Virus record (IMG/VR): IMGVR_UViG_3300032285_001531
Origin: a virus
Taxonomy: Duplodnaviria > Caudoviricetes
Reading direction: 5' to 3' (one strand)
DNA length: 64,000 bases
Part shown: piece by piece, positions 17,350-25,560 of the stretch
How the letters are laid out: every line of letters starts with the position of its first letter
Position numbering within the stretch: position 1 is the first letter of the stretch
Position numbers and translations under genes: made by a program
The notes under the pieces: generated by a model
Seen by the model: the letters and a program-made list of their open reading frames with translations, nothing else
What the model was told of the DNA's origin: nothing
Databases searched by the model: none

Positions 17350-18257
17350 AACAATATCTAGCATTATTACATGACATTTTAGAAACAGGAGAAACAAGAG
17401 ATGACAGAACTGGCATTGGCACTATTAGTGTGTTTGGACGTAGTATTCGCTTTGATTTGCGTAGGAATTTTCCTGCCGTCACAACAAAAAAGTTAGCATG
17501 GAAAGCATGTGTAGGTGAACTACTATGGTTCATTGAAGGCTCAAGTGATGAACGTGCGCTTGCTGAAATTACACATGGTACTAGTGATGGCACTGTAACT
17601 ATATGGACTCCTAATGCACAAGCAAGTTATTGGAAGCCTAAAGCAAAGTTTGACGGTGACTTAGGTCGTGTATATGGTGTGCAATGGAGACATTGGCGTT
17701 CAATTAAAGAACGTGGACCTGGTACCTTTAAGGATGATTTTGGATCATCATATAACCGCACTGGTGATATACAGATTAATGAAGTTGACCAACTAAAAAA
17801 TTTAATCAAGGGTATTAAAGAAGATCCATATAGTCGTAGACATATTTTATCAGCATGGAACGTAGGTGAATTAGACCAAATGGCATTGCCACCTTGTCAT
17901 GTGTTGAGTCAATTCTATGTGAACAAAGACAATGAACTAAGCTGCCATATGTATCAACGCAGTGTCGATGTGTTTTTAGGTTTACCATTCAATATAGCAA
18001 GTTATGCACTACTCACTCATATGATAGCACAAGTATGCAATCTTAAAGTAGGTGAACTTATAATCAGTACAGGTGATACACATATCTATACTAATCATAT
18101 TGCTCAGGTTAAAGAACAACTGTCTAGACAACCATTTCCTTTACCAACATTAAAGTTAAATCCTGAAGTAACAGAGATTGACAAGTTCACTATGTATGAT
18201 ATAGAATTAGTAGACTATCAAAGTCATGGTCCAATAAAGGCACAGATGGCAGTATGA
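17346..18257 (+). CDS. thyA: Thymidylate synthase
   Basis: DDRTGIGT, LGRVYGVQWR, catalytic LPPCH, QRSVD and GLPFNIASY. Confidence 0.97.
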   Translation: MKQYLALLHDILETGETRDDRTGIGTISVFGRSIRFDLRRNFPAVTTKKLAWKACVGELLWFIEGSSDERALAEITHGTSDGTVTIWTPNAQASYWKPKAKFDGDLGRVYGVQWRHWRSIKERGPGTFKDDFGSSYNRTGDIQINEVDQLKNLIKGIKEDPYSRRHILSAWNVGELDQMALPPCHVLSQFYVNKDNELSCHMYQRSVDVFLGLPFNIASYALLTHMIAQVCNLKVGELIISTGDTHIYTNHIAQVKEQLSRQPFPLPTLKLNPEVTEIDKFTMYDIELVDYQSHGPIKAQMAV

Positions 18258-18484
18258 TATTACATACATTCAATATGGGAGATGTAGAAGATCCGTATTT
18301 GTACGCAGCATTTCCTATTAGTGAATGGCAAGATACCGAACATGGTAAGTGGGTAATGGAAAACGTAACAGAACCGCCGGTCTTCACTATTGATGTAGAT
18401 CCACTACAATATGGTTATCGTGTGATTATTACTGGAAATCTTAAACCACAAGCAGCGACCTTCTTTAAACTCAAATATCAATGA
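18254..18484 (+). CDS. hypothetical protein
   Basis: ATGA overlaps on both sides. Confidence 0.7.
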   Translation: MILHTFNMGDVEDPYLYAAFPISEWQDTEHGKWVMENVTEPPVFTIDVDPLQYGYRVIITGNLKPQAATFFKLKYQ

Positions 18485-19449
18485 AAATAATTGTAACAGG
18501 TGGTATGGGCCTAATAGGTCATAACATCGTAGCAAAACTACAGAATGAACACGAAATTGCTATTATAGACAATCATACTAATTACGGATTCATCCCTACA
18601 AAAGAAATTGATTATCTTGTAGGTGAACGTAGAAAAAAGATAACAAAGTATATTAATTACCCTATTGATATTGTACAAGGTGAAAATATCAACGTGGTAT
18701 TTAATAGATTTAAACCTGACTTAGTGATTCATTGTGCTAGTTTCCCTAGACAAAAAGCAGTAGAAGCGAATCCTGCAACAGGGGCAAGAGTAATGTGTGA
18801 AGGGCTTACTAATCTATTAGAAGCCTCAACAAAGAATAATGTCAAACGTTTCCTATATATCAGTTCAAGTATGGTCTACGGTGACTTTGAGACTGACGTA
18901 ACAGAAGATACAGAGTGTAATCCTATAGGTCAGTATGGTATTTTTAAATATATGGGAGAGAAGCTTGTACAAGATTATAATCGCAGGACTGGTATTGAAT
19001 ATGTTATTATTCGCCCTAGTGCTGTATACGGCGAACTTGATGTGGAAGATCGTGTAGTAAGTAAGTTTGTATTAAATGCTATCAGAGGTAAGACTTTAAA
19101 AGTAAACGGGCCTGATGAAGTGTTGGACTTTACTTATGTAGATGATGCTAGTGAGGGAATAGTACAAGCAGCATTGAGTTCTAATACTGCTAACCAAATC
19201 TATAACATTACTAGAAGTGATGATAGACTTTGGACATTGCAAGATGCGGCTAAACTTGCAATTGAAATTGCAGGTACAGGTGACTTAACAGTAGGTCCTA
19301 GAGATTTAAGCTTTCCTAAACGAGGCAGACTAAGTATAGATAAAGCAATTAGAGATTTTGGCTACAGTCCTAAAGTAAACGTAGAAGACGGCTTCCGTAA
19401 ATACTATGACTGGCTTAAAAATAGTAGTTATTATATAGGGAATAAATAA
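18481..19449 (+). CDS. NAD-dependent epimerase/dehydratase (extended SDR)
   Basis: TGGMGLIG, SSSMVYG, YGIFK (YxxxK) and DFTYVDD. Confidence 0.93.
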   Translation: MKIIVTGGMGLIGHNIVAKLQNEHEIAIIDNHTNYGFIPTKEIDYLVGERRKKITKYINYPIDIVQGENINVVFNRFKPDLVIHCASFPRQKAVEANPATGARVMCEGLTNLLEASTKNNVKRFLYISSSMVYGDFETDVTEDTECNPIGQYGIFKYMGEKLVQDYNRRTGIEYVIIRPSAVYGELDVEDRVVSKFVLNAIRGKTLKVNGPDEVLDFTYVDDASEGIVQAALSSNTANQIYNITRSDDRLWTLQDAAKLAIEIAGTGDLTVGPRDLSFPKRGRLSIDKAIRDFGYSPKVNVEDGFRKYYDWLKNSSYYIGNK

Positions 19450-19453
19450 TTTT

Positions 19454-19924
19454 ATGTGGATACTTCAATTTTTACCCGACTGGGTTTTTCATGCAATATG
19501 TCTAGCAGGATTCGCTGGACTAATTATAGCATTCTTTTTAGGATTTGTACCTTTCGTAGGTAGATACAGTTTACCGATTAAAATAGTTTCATTGCTATTA
19601 TTAGTATTTGGATTGTTTATAGAAGGTGCTAACTTCAACAACAATATTTGGCTAGAAAGAGTTAAAGAACTAGAAGCCAAAGTAGCTGAATCTGAGAAAA
19701 AGATTGCTACTACTAATACCAAAATTAAGAAAGTTTATGTAACTAAAGTCAAAGTTATTAAACAGGACAGAATAGTTATACAAGAAAAGATTGTCAAAGA
19801 GGCTGCAAATATGGATAAAGATTGTAAAGTTTCACCTTCAGCAATCAGTATTTTAAATGAAGCAGCAAAGCCAATTAAAGCTACCGTTGAAGTTGGTCCA
19901 TTAAAGAAGGATGAAAAACAATGA
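19454..19924 (+). CDS. i-spanin (Rz)-like protein
   Basis: N-terminal transmembrane helices, coiled coil, overlap with a lipoprotein gene. Confidence 0.6.
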   Translation: MWILQFLPDWVFHAICLAGFAGLIIAFFLGFVPFVGRYSLPIKIVSLLLLVFGLFIEGANFNNNIWLERVKELEAKVAESEKKIATTNTKIKKVYVTKVKVIKQDRIVIQEKIVKEAANMDKDCKVSPSAISILNEAAKPIKATVEVGPLKKDEKQ

Positions 19925-20184
19925 AAAAATTATTAATCCTCACTTTATTATTAACTGGCTGTTCAACTACTGTTCCAGTTAAACGTACATTTCCTGCAGT
20001 ACCAGCAGAACTAACAGCAAAATGTCCTGATCTTAAGCAATTACCTACTGACACTGAAAAGTTAAGTGATTTAGTTAGTAATGTAGCAGAGAACTATTCT
20101 ACATATAAAGAATGTCAACTTACTGTTGAACTTTGGAATGAATGGTATACTGAACAGAAAAAGAATTTTGATTCAGTAAAATAA
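19921..20184 (+). CDS. o-spanin (Rz1)-like lipoprotein
   Basis: Lipobox LLTGC; Pro-rich segment; ATGA overlap. Confidence 0.65.
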   Translation: MKKLLILTLLLTGCSTTVPVKRTFPAVPAELTAKCPDLKQLPTDTEKLSDLVSNVAENYSTYKECQLTVELWNEWYTEQKKNFDSVK

Positions 20185-20213
20185 AAAAAGCCCCGATTAA
20201 GGGGCTTTTTTAT
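20183..20213. terminator. Bidirectional terminator
   Basis: AAAAAAAGCCCC-GATTAA-GGGGCTTTTTT between convergent genes. Confidence 0.85.
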
Positions 20214-21070
20214 TAATCGTCTGAACTAGCACCGCACTTAGCACGTTTTGCCTTAGTCAATGCACCATAGTCTACAGTCCATTCTTTACCTGGGGCTAAT
20301 TCTTTTGCTCCGGTCGGGAAGCCAAAGTTAACACCTGCTGCTTGTTGTATCTGCGCAATACTCATGCGAAATTTAGTTAAATCATTTCCTAAGTTAGGAT
20401 AAGGTTTAATATGAGGGAAGCCCCAACCAGCAACTTCTTTAGTAGCATTATTAATTACAATCTTATAGAAGCCATGAGGAACAATTACCCCACTACCGAT
20501 CTTTGGATCCTGAGCATTGTAAATCCCACCAACATAGATTGTGTAACTCTGATTGCTCTGAACAGCCCAACCACGTACTGAGGTCTCTAGTAACTTCCAT
20601 ATACCACGATTTAATGATCCTGCTTGTGGACTCATATTGGTCATCAAAAAACTTTCAAACTCTACTTGTACGTCCCAACTTAGATCACCGTCTGGACTCA
20701 TGTGTCCTTTGTCGTATCCTGTACCAGCATAATCACCCGGGGTTGCACCACCAGGTACACTTTGGTCTGCTGCAAATGCATTTGTACGTGCTACACATCC
20801 TAAAGCATTTTGTGGCTGTAATGTGTATGTTACATACTTTGGAAGCTTAGCTGCTGCGTCATATCCTACTAGATATGCTTGACGGCAGATAGGACTAACC
20901 CCTGCTGTCTGCGGAAATCCATATGGACTGTGAACTGCGCAAGTCTTTGGATCCTGCGGTGGACGTTGGTTCCAAGCAAAAGCCATGTTTACTAACGGGA
21001 AGTATAGTAAAAAAGCAAATGCTAGTGCTATAATAATATAATACTTTTGTTCCGAAATATGTTTTTTCAT
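20213..21070 (-). CDS. DNA/RNA non-specific endonuclease (NucA/EndA family) with signal peptide
   Basis: YDKGHMSP (DRGH), TNMSPQ and LNRGIWKLLE; hydrophobic N-terminus. Confidence 0.9.
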   Translation of the reverse strand: MKKHISEQKYYIIIALAFAFLLYFPLVNMAFAWNQRPPQDPKTCAVHSPYGFPQTAGVSPICRQAYLVGYDAAAKLPKYVTYTLQPQNALGCVARTNAFAADQSVPGGATPGDYAGTGYDKGHMSPDGDLSWDVQVEFESFLMTNMSPQAGSLNRGIWKLLETSVRGWAVQSNQSYTIYVGGIYNAQDPKIGSGVIVPHGFYKIVINNATKEVAGWGFPHIKPYPNLGNDLTKFRMSIAQIQQAAGVNFGFPTGAKELAPGKEWTVDYGALTKAKRAKCGASSDD

Positions 21071-21074
21071 TTTA

Positions 21075-21947
21075 TCACTTTCTAATTAATTTTTTAATTC
21101 TATCTAATTCTTTATCTTCCTCTGTTACATTATCACCTGTATCATCTCTAGTATCTACGGAAGCAGGTGCACCTGTATAAACCTTTAGTGGTGCTGCTGG
21201 TGCTGCAGGCGTCTCTGGTGCTGCTGCTTGCTGCGGACTGCCACCAATAGGTGCCGGTGTATATTCAACTGGCTTTAGTGTTCCTTGAACAGCTTGTGCC
21301 TTCATTGGATCTAACTCTGCAGTATTTGCTTTTGTAAGTCCAGAATGTTGAATATAAGGACTATCATCACCCTGCAAAGCCATCATTTTTTCTGCTTGTC
21401 CAGGATCGTCTAGTACTGCTTGTGCCCTATTACTAGCTCTATTAATAGCCCCTTTAAAACTATCTGCACTCATTTTGCCGGCTTCAACATCCGCTGCCAT
21501 TTGTTGAGTTGCAAGATCAGCATTGGGATTACCTTTTGCTGCCGTTACCCCTGCATTGAAGTCTTTATTAAATTTTGGATCGTTGACCATTTTATTCATT
21601 GGTTCAACCATATCCTTGGCGACACTTGCGCCGGCTACGGCGGTTGCTCGATTTGGATCTCTAGATTTCATATATTCTAAACCAGCTCGTCCACCGGCTT
21701 TGACTGCTGTTCCAGCAAGTCCAACTTTATCACCAAATGACATACCAGCTGCATTAGCTATATCGTTTGCGGCTTTAGCTGCATTTACTGCACCCCCAAC
21801 ATTGTCACCTGCAGCAAATTTGTCACTGGATTTATTAATGTTAGTTTCTGAACTATTATATGCATCAATCTGCTTTTGTGTTGGTTGTGCAGGGGTAGCT
21901 TCACTGATGATATCTAAGTATTTTCTAAAAAATTTGGGGTCTGACAT
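21075..21947 (-). CDS. Ala-rich hypothetical protein, probably virion-internal
   Basis: Late-type TAAATA at 21972-21977 (minus strand); C-terminal ELDRIKKL motif. Confidence 0.65.
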   Translation of the reverse strand: MSDPKFFRKYLDIISEATPAQPTQKQIDAYNSSETNINKSSDKFAAGDNVGGAVNAAKAANDIANAAGMSFGDKVGLAGTAVKAGGRAGLEYMKSRDPNRATAVAGASVAKDMVEPMNKMVNDPKFNKDFNAGVTAAKGNPNADLATQQMAADVEAGKMSADSFKGAINRASNRAQAVLDDPGQAEKMMALQGDDSPYIQHSGLTKANTAELDPMKAQAVQGTLKPVEYTPAPIGGSPQQAAAPETPAAPAAPLKVYTGAPASVDTRDDTGDNVTEEDKELDRIKKLIRK

Positions 21948-22004
21948 GGGAATTTCCTTAATATATGAATATATTTATCTAGGGTATTTTGATTGGGTAG
22001 GCGA

Positions 22005-22010
22005 TAAATA
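22005..22010 (+). promoter_or_regulatory. TAAATA late-type promoter motif (representative; T4 gp55-like TATAAATA analogue)
   Basis: The same hexamer precedes genes at 561, 16119, 19443, 24286, 24572, 29613, 31177, 33314, 44094, 47289, 48305, 48817, 49731, 51873 and 61390 (+), and 2621, 11470 and 21972 (-). Confidence 0.8.
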
Positions 22011-22032
22011 CTATATAAACAGGGTTTAAACT

Positions 22033-22788
22033 ATGAATTACGAAATTATTAATGTTGGTACGCTACCCAATGATGGATCCGGCGATCCAATGCGCACAGC
22101 ATTCATTAAGATTAACAACAATTTTGCAGTAGCGACTAACTACGAACCAGCAGGAAATACAGGTGGCATACAATATAAGAAGGTAGTCGGGAACGTAGAT
22201 TCTTTTGCATCTAGTGCTAATTTTGTATATGATGATGCACACTCAAATTTAGTATTAGGCGCAAATATCATTCCATTGACTGACAATCAAATCAGCATTG
22301 GAACTTCAGATTTAACAGTAGGTAATTTATACTTAGGCCAACAAGCGTTAAATATCGGAAACATCAATGTAACTGAATCAGGTAATCTATTATCATTCAA
22401 TGTTGCTGTTTTCCCATCACAAAAAGCAGATATTCAAGTAAGCAATATTACTTACGGAAACACTGCATTTTTAAGTACATTAACAGTACAAACAAGCACA
22501 ACTAACCCAGTATCAGTTTATGAAATTCCAGTGGGTGACTTTGACAATGGTAAGTTTGAGATTGTATCCAGAGAAAATTCTAGTAACAATAGCCAAAGCA
22601 TAACTATTGTTGCAAGCAAAACAAACGATTCAACAGATATAAGCTATACGGCATTCAATACAATTTTTACAGGTAATGTAGTTACTAATTATAGTGTAGA
22701 TGTAGCATTTAGTAATGTAAGAGTTATCGTTGTACCTTATGTTAGTTCATTAGTTACACATAAAGTCACATATCAGATTAATACATGA
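22033..22788 (+). CDS. Baseplate wedge/fibre connector protein with gp9/gp10-like N-terminus
   Basis: INVGTLPNDGSGDPMRTAFIKINNNF. Confidence 0.7.
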   Translation: MNYEIINVGTLPNDGSGDPMRTAFIKINNNFAVATNYEPAGNTGGIQYKKVVGNVDSFASSANFVYDDAHSNLVLGANIIPLTDNQISIGTSDLTVGNLYLGQQALNIGNINVTESGNLLSFNVAVFPSQKADIQVSNITYGNTAFLSTLTVQTSTTNPVSVYEIPVGDFDNGKFEIVSRENSSNNSQSITIVASKTNDSTDISYTAFNTIFTGNVVTNYSVDVAFSNVRVIVVPYVSSLVTHKVTYQINT

Positions 22789-23162
22789 GAGCAAATGAAT
22801 TTATAAATGAAGGTAGAACAGGATCACTTCAACCAGATGTTGCTGATGCACTACCTGCAACATATGCAATTCCTGAATTAAAGAATCAGGATCCATACCT
22901 ACAATATAGATTTGGTGTAGCAATTGCAGGAGCTAAAGGCGCAAAGAAACGAGCAGAAGATAATGTACCTCAGTTCGTAGCACAAAGTGCATGGGGAGAA
23001 AATGAAATTGTAGTTAGCTATGGCATAGATTTAGATAATATCATAGATGATGCATTAAAGCAAATGGGCATGAGTGGTAAAAAACGTTTAAGCACAGTTG
23101 ATAGTGAAGAAACTAGTGATGTAGGAAAGAACAGTCCAATCAAAGGATTTAAAGGGTATTAA
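22785..23162 (+). CDS. Probable internal head protein (MRANEFINE)
   Basis: N-terminus resembles the T4 IP capsid-targeting sequence; paralogue of the next gene (shared SP.K.FKGY end). Confidence 0.6.
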   Translation: MRANEFINEGRTGSLQPDVADALPATYAIPELKNQDPYLQYRFGVAIAGAKGAKKRAEDNVPQFVAQSAWGENEIVVSYGIDLDNIIDDALKQMGMSGKKRLSTVDSEETSDVGKNSPIKGFKGY

Positions 23163-23163
23163 A

Positions 23164-23535
23164 ATGAGAGCAAAAGAATTTATAACTGAAGCTGAAGGCA
23201 CTATGCATAAAGATGCAGCAGCAGTGACACCTGGTATTCATAAAGTACGTGATGTAGGTGGATATGATCGTATCTATCATATGAATCGTTTATGGATGGC
23301 TATGGCTTGTGCTGACGGTAAGAGCCAAGATGCAGTAGAAATGGATCATGCTAGTTTTGTAGAGAAATATAATACAGTTCATCCATATACTGAAGAAGAA
23401 TACAACATGATGATTCAAGCTACAAAAACAATACCGACCGATCATAAAGATGTGGTTCCATATAGCAAGAGTCAAGAGCCAGAGGGCATTAACAAATCTA
23501 GCCCAGTCAAACCGTTTAAGGGTTATGGAAAATAA
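23164..23535 (+). CDS. Probable internal head protein (MRAKEFITE)
   Basis: As above. Confidence 0.6.
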   Translation: MRAKEFITEAEGTMHKDAAAVTPGIHKVRDVGGYDRIYHMNRLWMAMACADGKSQDAVEMDHASFVEKYNTVHPYTEEEYNMMIQATKTIPTDHKDVVPYSKSQEPEGINKSSPVKPFKGYGK

Positions 23536-23586
23536 ATAAAATCGTTTGTCCTAGAATAAGTAGATTTATACTATTTTAGGACTACA

Positions 23587-24279
23587 ATGATTGATATTAA
23601 TAACACCCTCGATTTAATCAAATTAAAATTTTACAACGAATGGCTCTATGCTTCACATATCTATGCTGAAGGTGATAGTGGCTTCCACAAAGAACTAACA
23701 ACTAAAGTAGTTAAAGACTACGTTGATCCATTAAATCTACCCAAAGATGCAGTTATCTTAGACTTAGGATGTGGCCCTGGATATTTCTTAGATGAGATGA
23801 AAGCACGTGAGTATACTAATATTACTGGTGTTACTCTTAGCCCAGAAGATATTCAATTGTGTGAATCAAAAGGGCATACTGTCAAAGCATATGACTTAAG
23901 CTTTCTACCACAAAAAGACGGATACTATGATGAAAGTGTAGATTTCATATTCTTACGTCATGCATTGGAACATAGCCCCTATCCAATCTTTAGTTTAATG
24001 GAATACAACAGAGTACTAAAGCAAAACAGACAGATTTATATTGAAGTTCCTGCCCCAGATTGCGATAGAAAGCACGAAGATAATCCTAATCACTACAGTA
24101 TTTTAGGTTCTAACCAACTAGCAGCACTATTAGTCAGAACCGGATTCGATGTTAATAAATTTGAAAATATTGAATTTGATCTACAAATGGGTGCTGATGA
24201 AGAAGGTAATCCTATAACAGTGCATGAGAAGTTTTACGCAATTGTCGCCACTAAACGTAGACCGTTAGACGTTAAGTAA
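23587..24279 (+). CDS. Class I SAM-dependent methyltransferase
   Basis: ILDLGCGPG, RHALEH and RVLK motifs. Confidence 0.88.
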   Translation: MIDINNTLDLIKLKFYNEWLYASHIYAEGDSGFHKELTTKVVKDYVDPLNLPKDAVILDLGCGPGYFLDEMKAREYTNITGVTLSPEDIQLCESKGHTVKAYDLSFLPQKDGYYDESVDFIFLRHALEHSPYPIFSLMEYNRVLKQNRQIYIEVPAPDCDRKHEDNPNHYSILGSNQLAALLVRTGFDVNKFENIEFDLQMGADEEGNPITVHEKFYAIVATKRRPLDVK

Positions 24280-24295
24280 TTCTAATAAATACATC

Positions 24296-24574
24296 ATGAC
24301 CTTTGATGTATGGAAACAAGCAAATCTAATGAACGGTTTTGATAAAGTCAAAACCGCTTCCTTACCGGATAATGCTATAGAATCTATAGCTGATATGAAA
24401 AGACTTGCAGGAATCCCTAATGAATCAGTCTGCATGGGAATGAATATGAGCATTACAGGGACGGAAAAAGGGGAATTAATGAAGAAACATAACATTCAGT
24501 CCGGTACCCCTGAATGGTTCCAATTGTGGTTCAGTTTGCCATACATGACTGGTGAGAAACCTTACCAAGACTAA
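24296..24574 (+). CDS. hypothetical late protein
   Basis: TAAATA 4 nt before the ATG; DMKRLAGI motif. Confidence 0.7.
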   Translation: MTFDVWKQANLMNGFDKVKTASLPDNAIESIADMKRLAGIPNESVCMGMNMSITGTEKGELMKKHNIQSGTPEWFQLWFSLPYMTGEKPYQD

Positions 24575-24597
24575 ATACATATTAAGAGGAAAATATT

Positions 24598-24882
24598 ATG
24601 GATAAAGTAATTACAGCATATGAAGCTAATGTAGCCAGTTTTCAAACGCTGGTTACCACTTCAGCCAACACAAGTACCGCAATTAATGGAACTAGAATTC
24701 TTATTACTGCAGGGGCACAAGCACAATTTGTAGAATTTGGAGCTGCTCCGACTGCTACTACTGCTAGTTTTATAATTCCAGCAAATCAAGCATTACAATT
24801 TAATTTTGTAAGCGGACAGAAAGTTTCTGCTTTAAGTCACACTGGTACTGGCTATGTTACTATTGTAAATATGGGATCATAA
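24598..24882 (+). CDS. small beta-rich structural protein (paralogue A)
   Basis: RILITA..FVEFGAAP..TAS..IP..F.FV.G.KV pattern. Confidence 0.65.
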   Translation: MDKVITAYEANVASFQTLVTTSANTSTAINGTRILITAGAQAQFVEFGAAPTATTASFIIPANQALQFNFVSGQKVSALSHTGTGYVTIVNMGS

Positions 24883-24883
24883 G

Positions 24884-25183
24884 ATGAGTGTAGATAAACG
24901 AATTACGTTATACGATAACAACGGTGACCCTAGATGGCAGACGATTGACACTACTACTAGCAGTCAGCAAAGCACAGCAATTACTGCAAATAGAATATTA
25001 ATTACAAGTGCAGTACAAACTCATTTCGTAGCATTCGGTGCTAATCCTAGTGCAGCTACAACAGCTAACACAGTTTGCATTCCAGTAGGAGAAATGATGT
25101 TTTTTGATTTTGTTCCTGGGAATAAAGTCGCAGTAAAAACACTAACTAGTACCGGACATATTAGTATTTCGGTAATAGATTAA
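24884..25183 (+). CDS. small beta-rich structural protein (paralogue B)
   Basis: Same pattern as the previous gene. Confidence 0.65.
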   Translation: MSVDKRITLYDNNGDPRWQTIDTTTSSQQSTAITANRILITSAVQTHFVAFGANPSAATTANTVCIPVGEMMFFDFVPGNKVAVKTLTSTGHISISVID

Positions 25184-25194
25184 AAGGATAAATT

Positions 25195-25554
25195 ATGAAT
25201 ATAAGCGAATTATTAAGAGGTCTAGCAGATGCTCTTTCAAGTATTGAGGGCAAAAACGTTGCTCCTCCTATGTCAGACAATGGTATTCAAAATACTACTG
25301 ACCACATCGACTCGATTAAGACTCAAAACAATGACAATGCTGCCAAAGCTGAACAAGCTAAAGATGAACTGGGCGATTTTCTACCTCCACTACAAGCTAA
25401 ACTAGAATTATTAAAACGTGCAGTAGACGTAGACAATGTTTATAATGACAAAGATGCTGAACGCGGTGACGATTTAGTACAAATAAAAAGATTATCTGGC
25501 ATCAATCCCGTAGCAATAGCTGAACTAGGTGATGACGAGCCACTAGAAGGGTAA
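25195..25554 (+). CDS. hypothetical late protein
   Basis: PPLQAKLELLK and QIKRLSGI motifs. Confidence 0.65.
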   Translation: MNISELLRGLADALSSIEGKNVAPPMSDNGIQNTTDHIDSIKTQNNDNAAKAEQAKDELGDFLPPLQAKLELLKRAVDVDNVYNDKDAERGDDLVQIKRLSGINPVAIAELGDDEPLEG

Positions 25555-25560
25555 GTCAAC

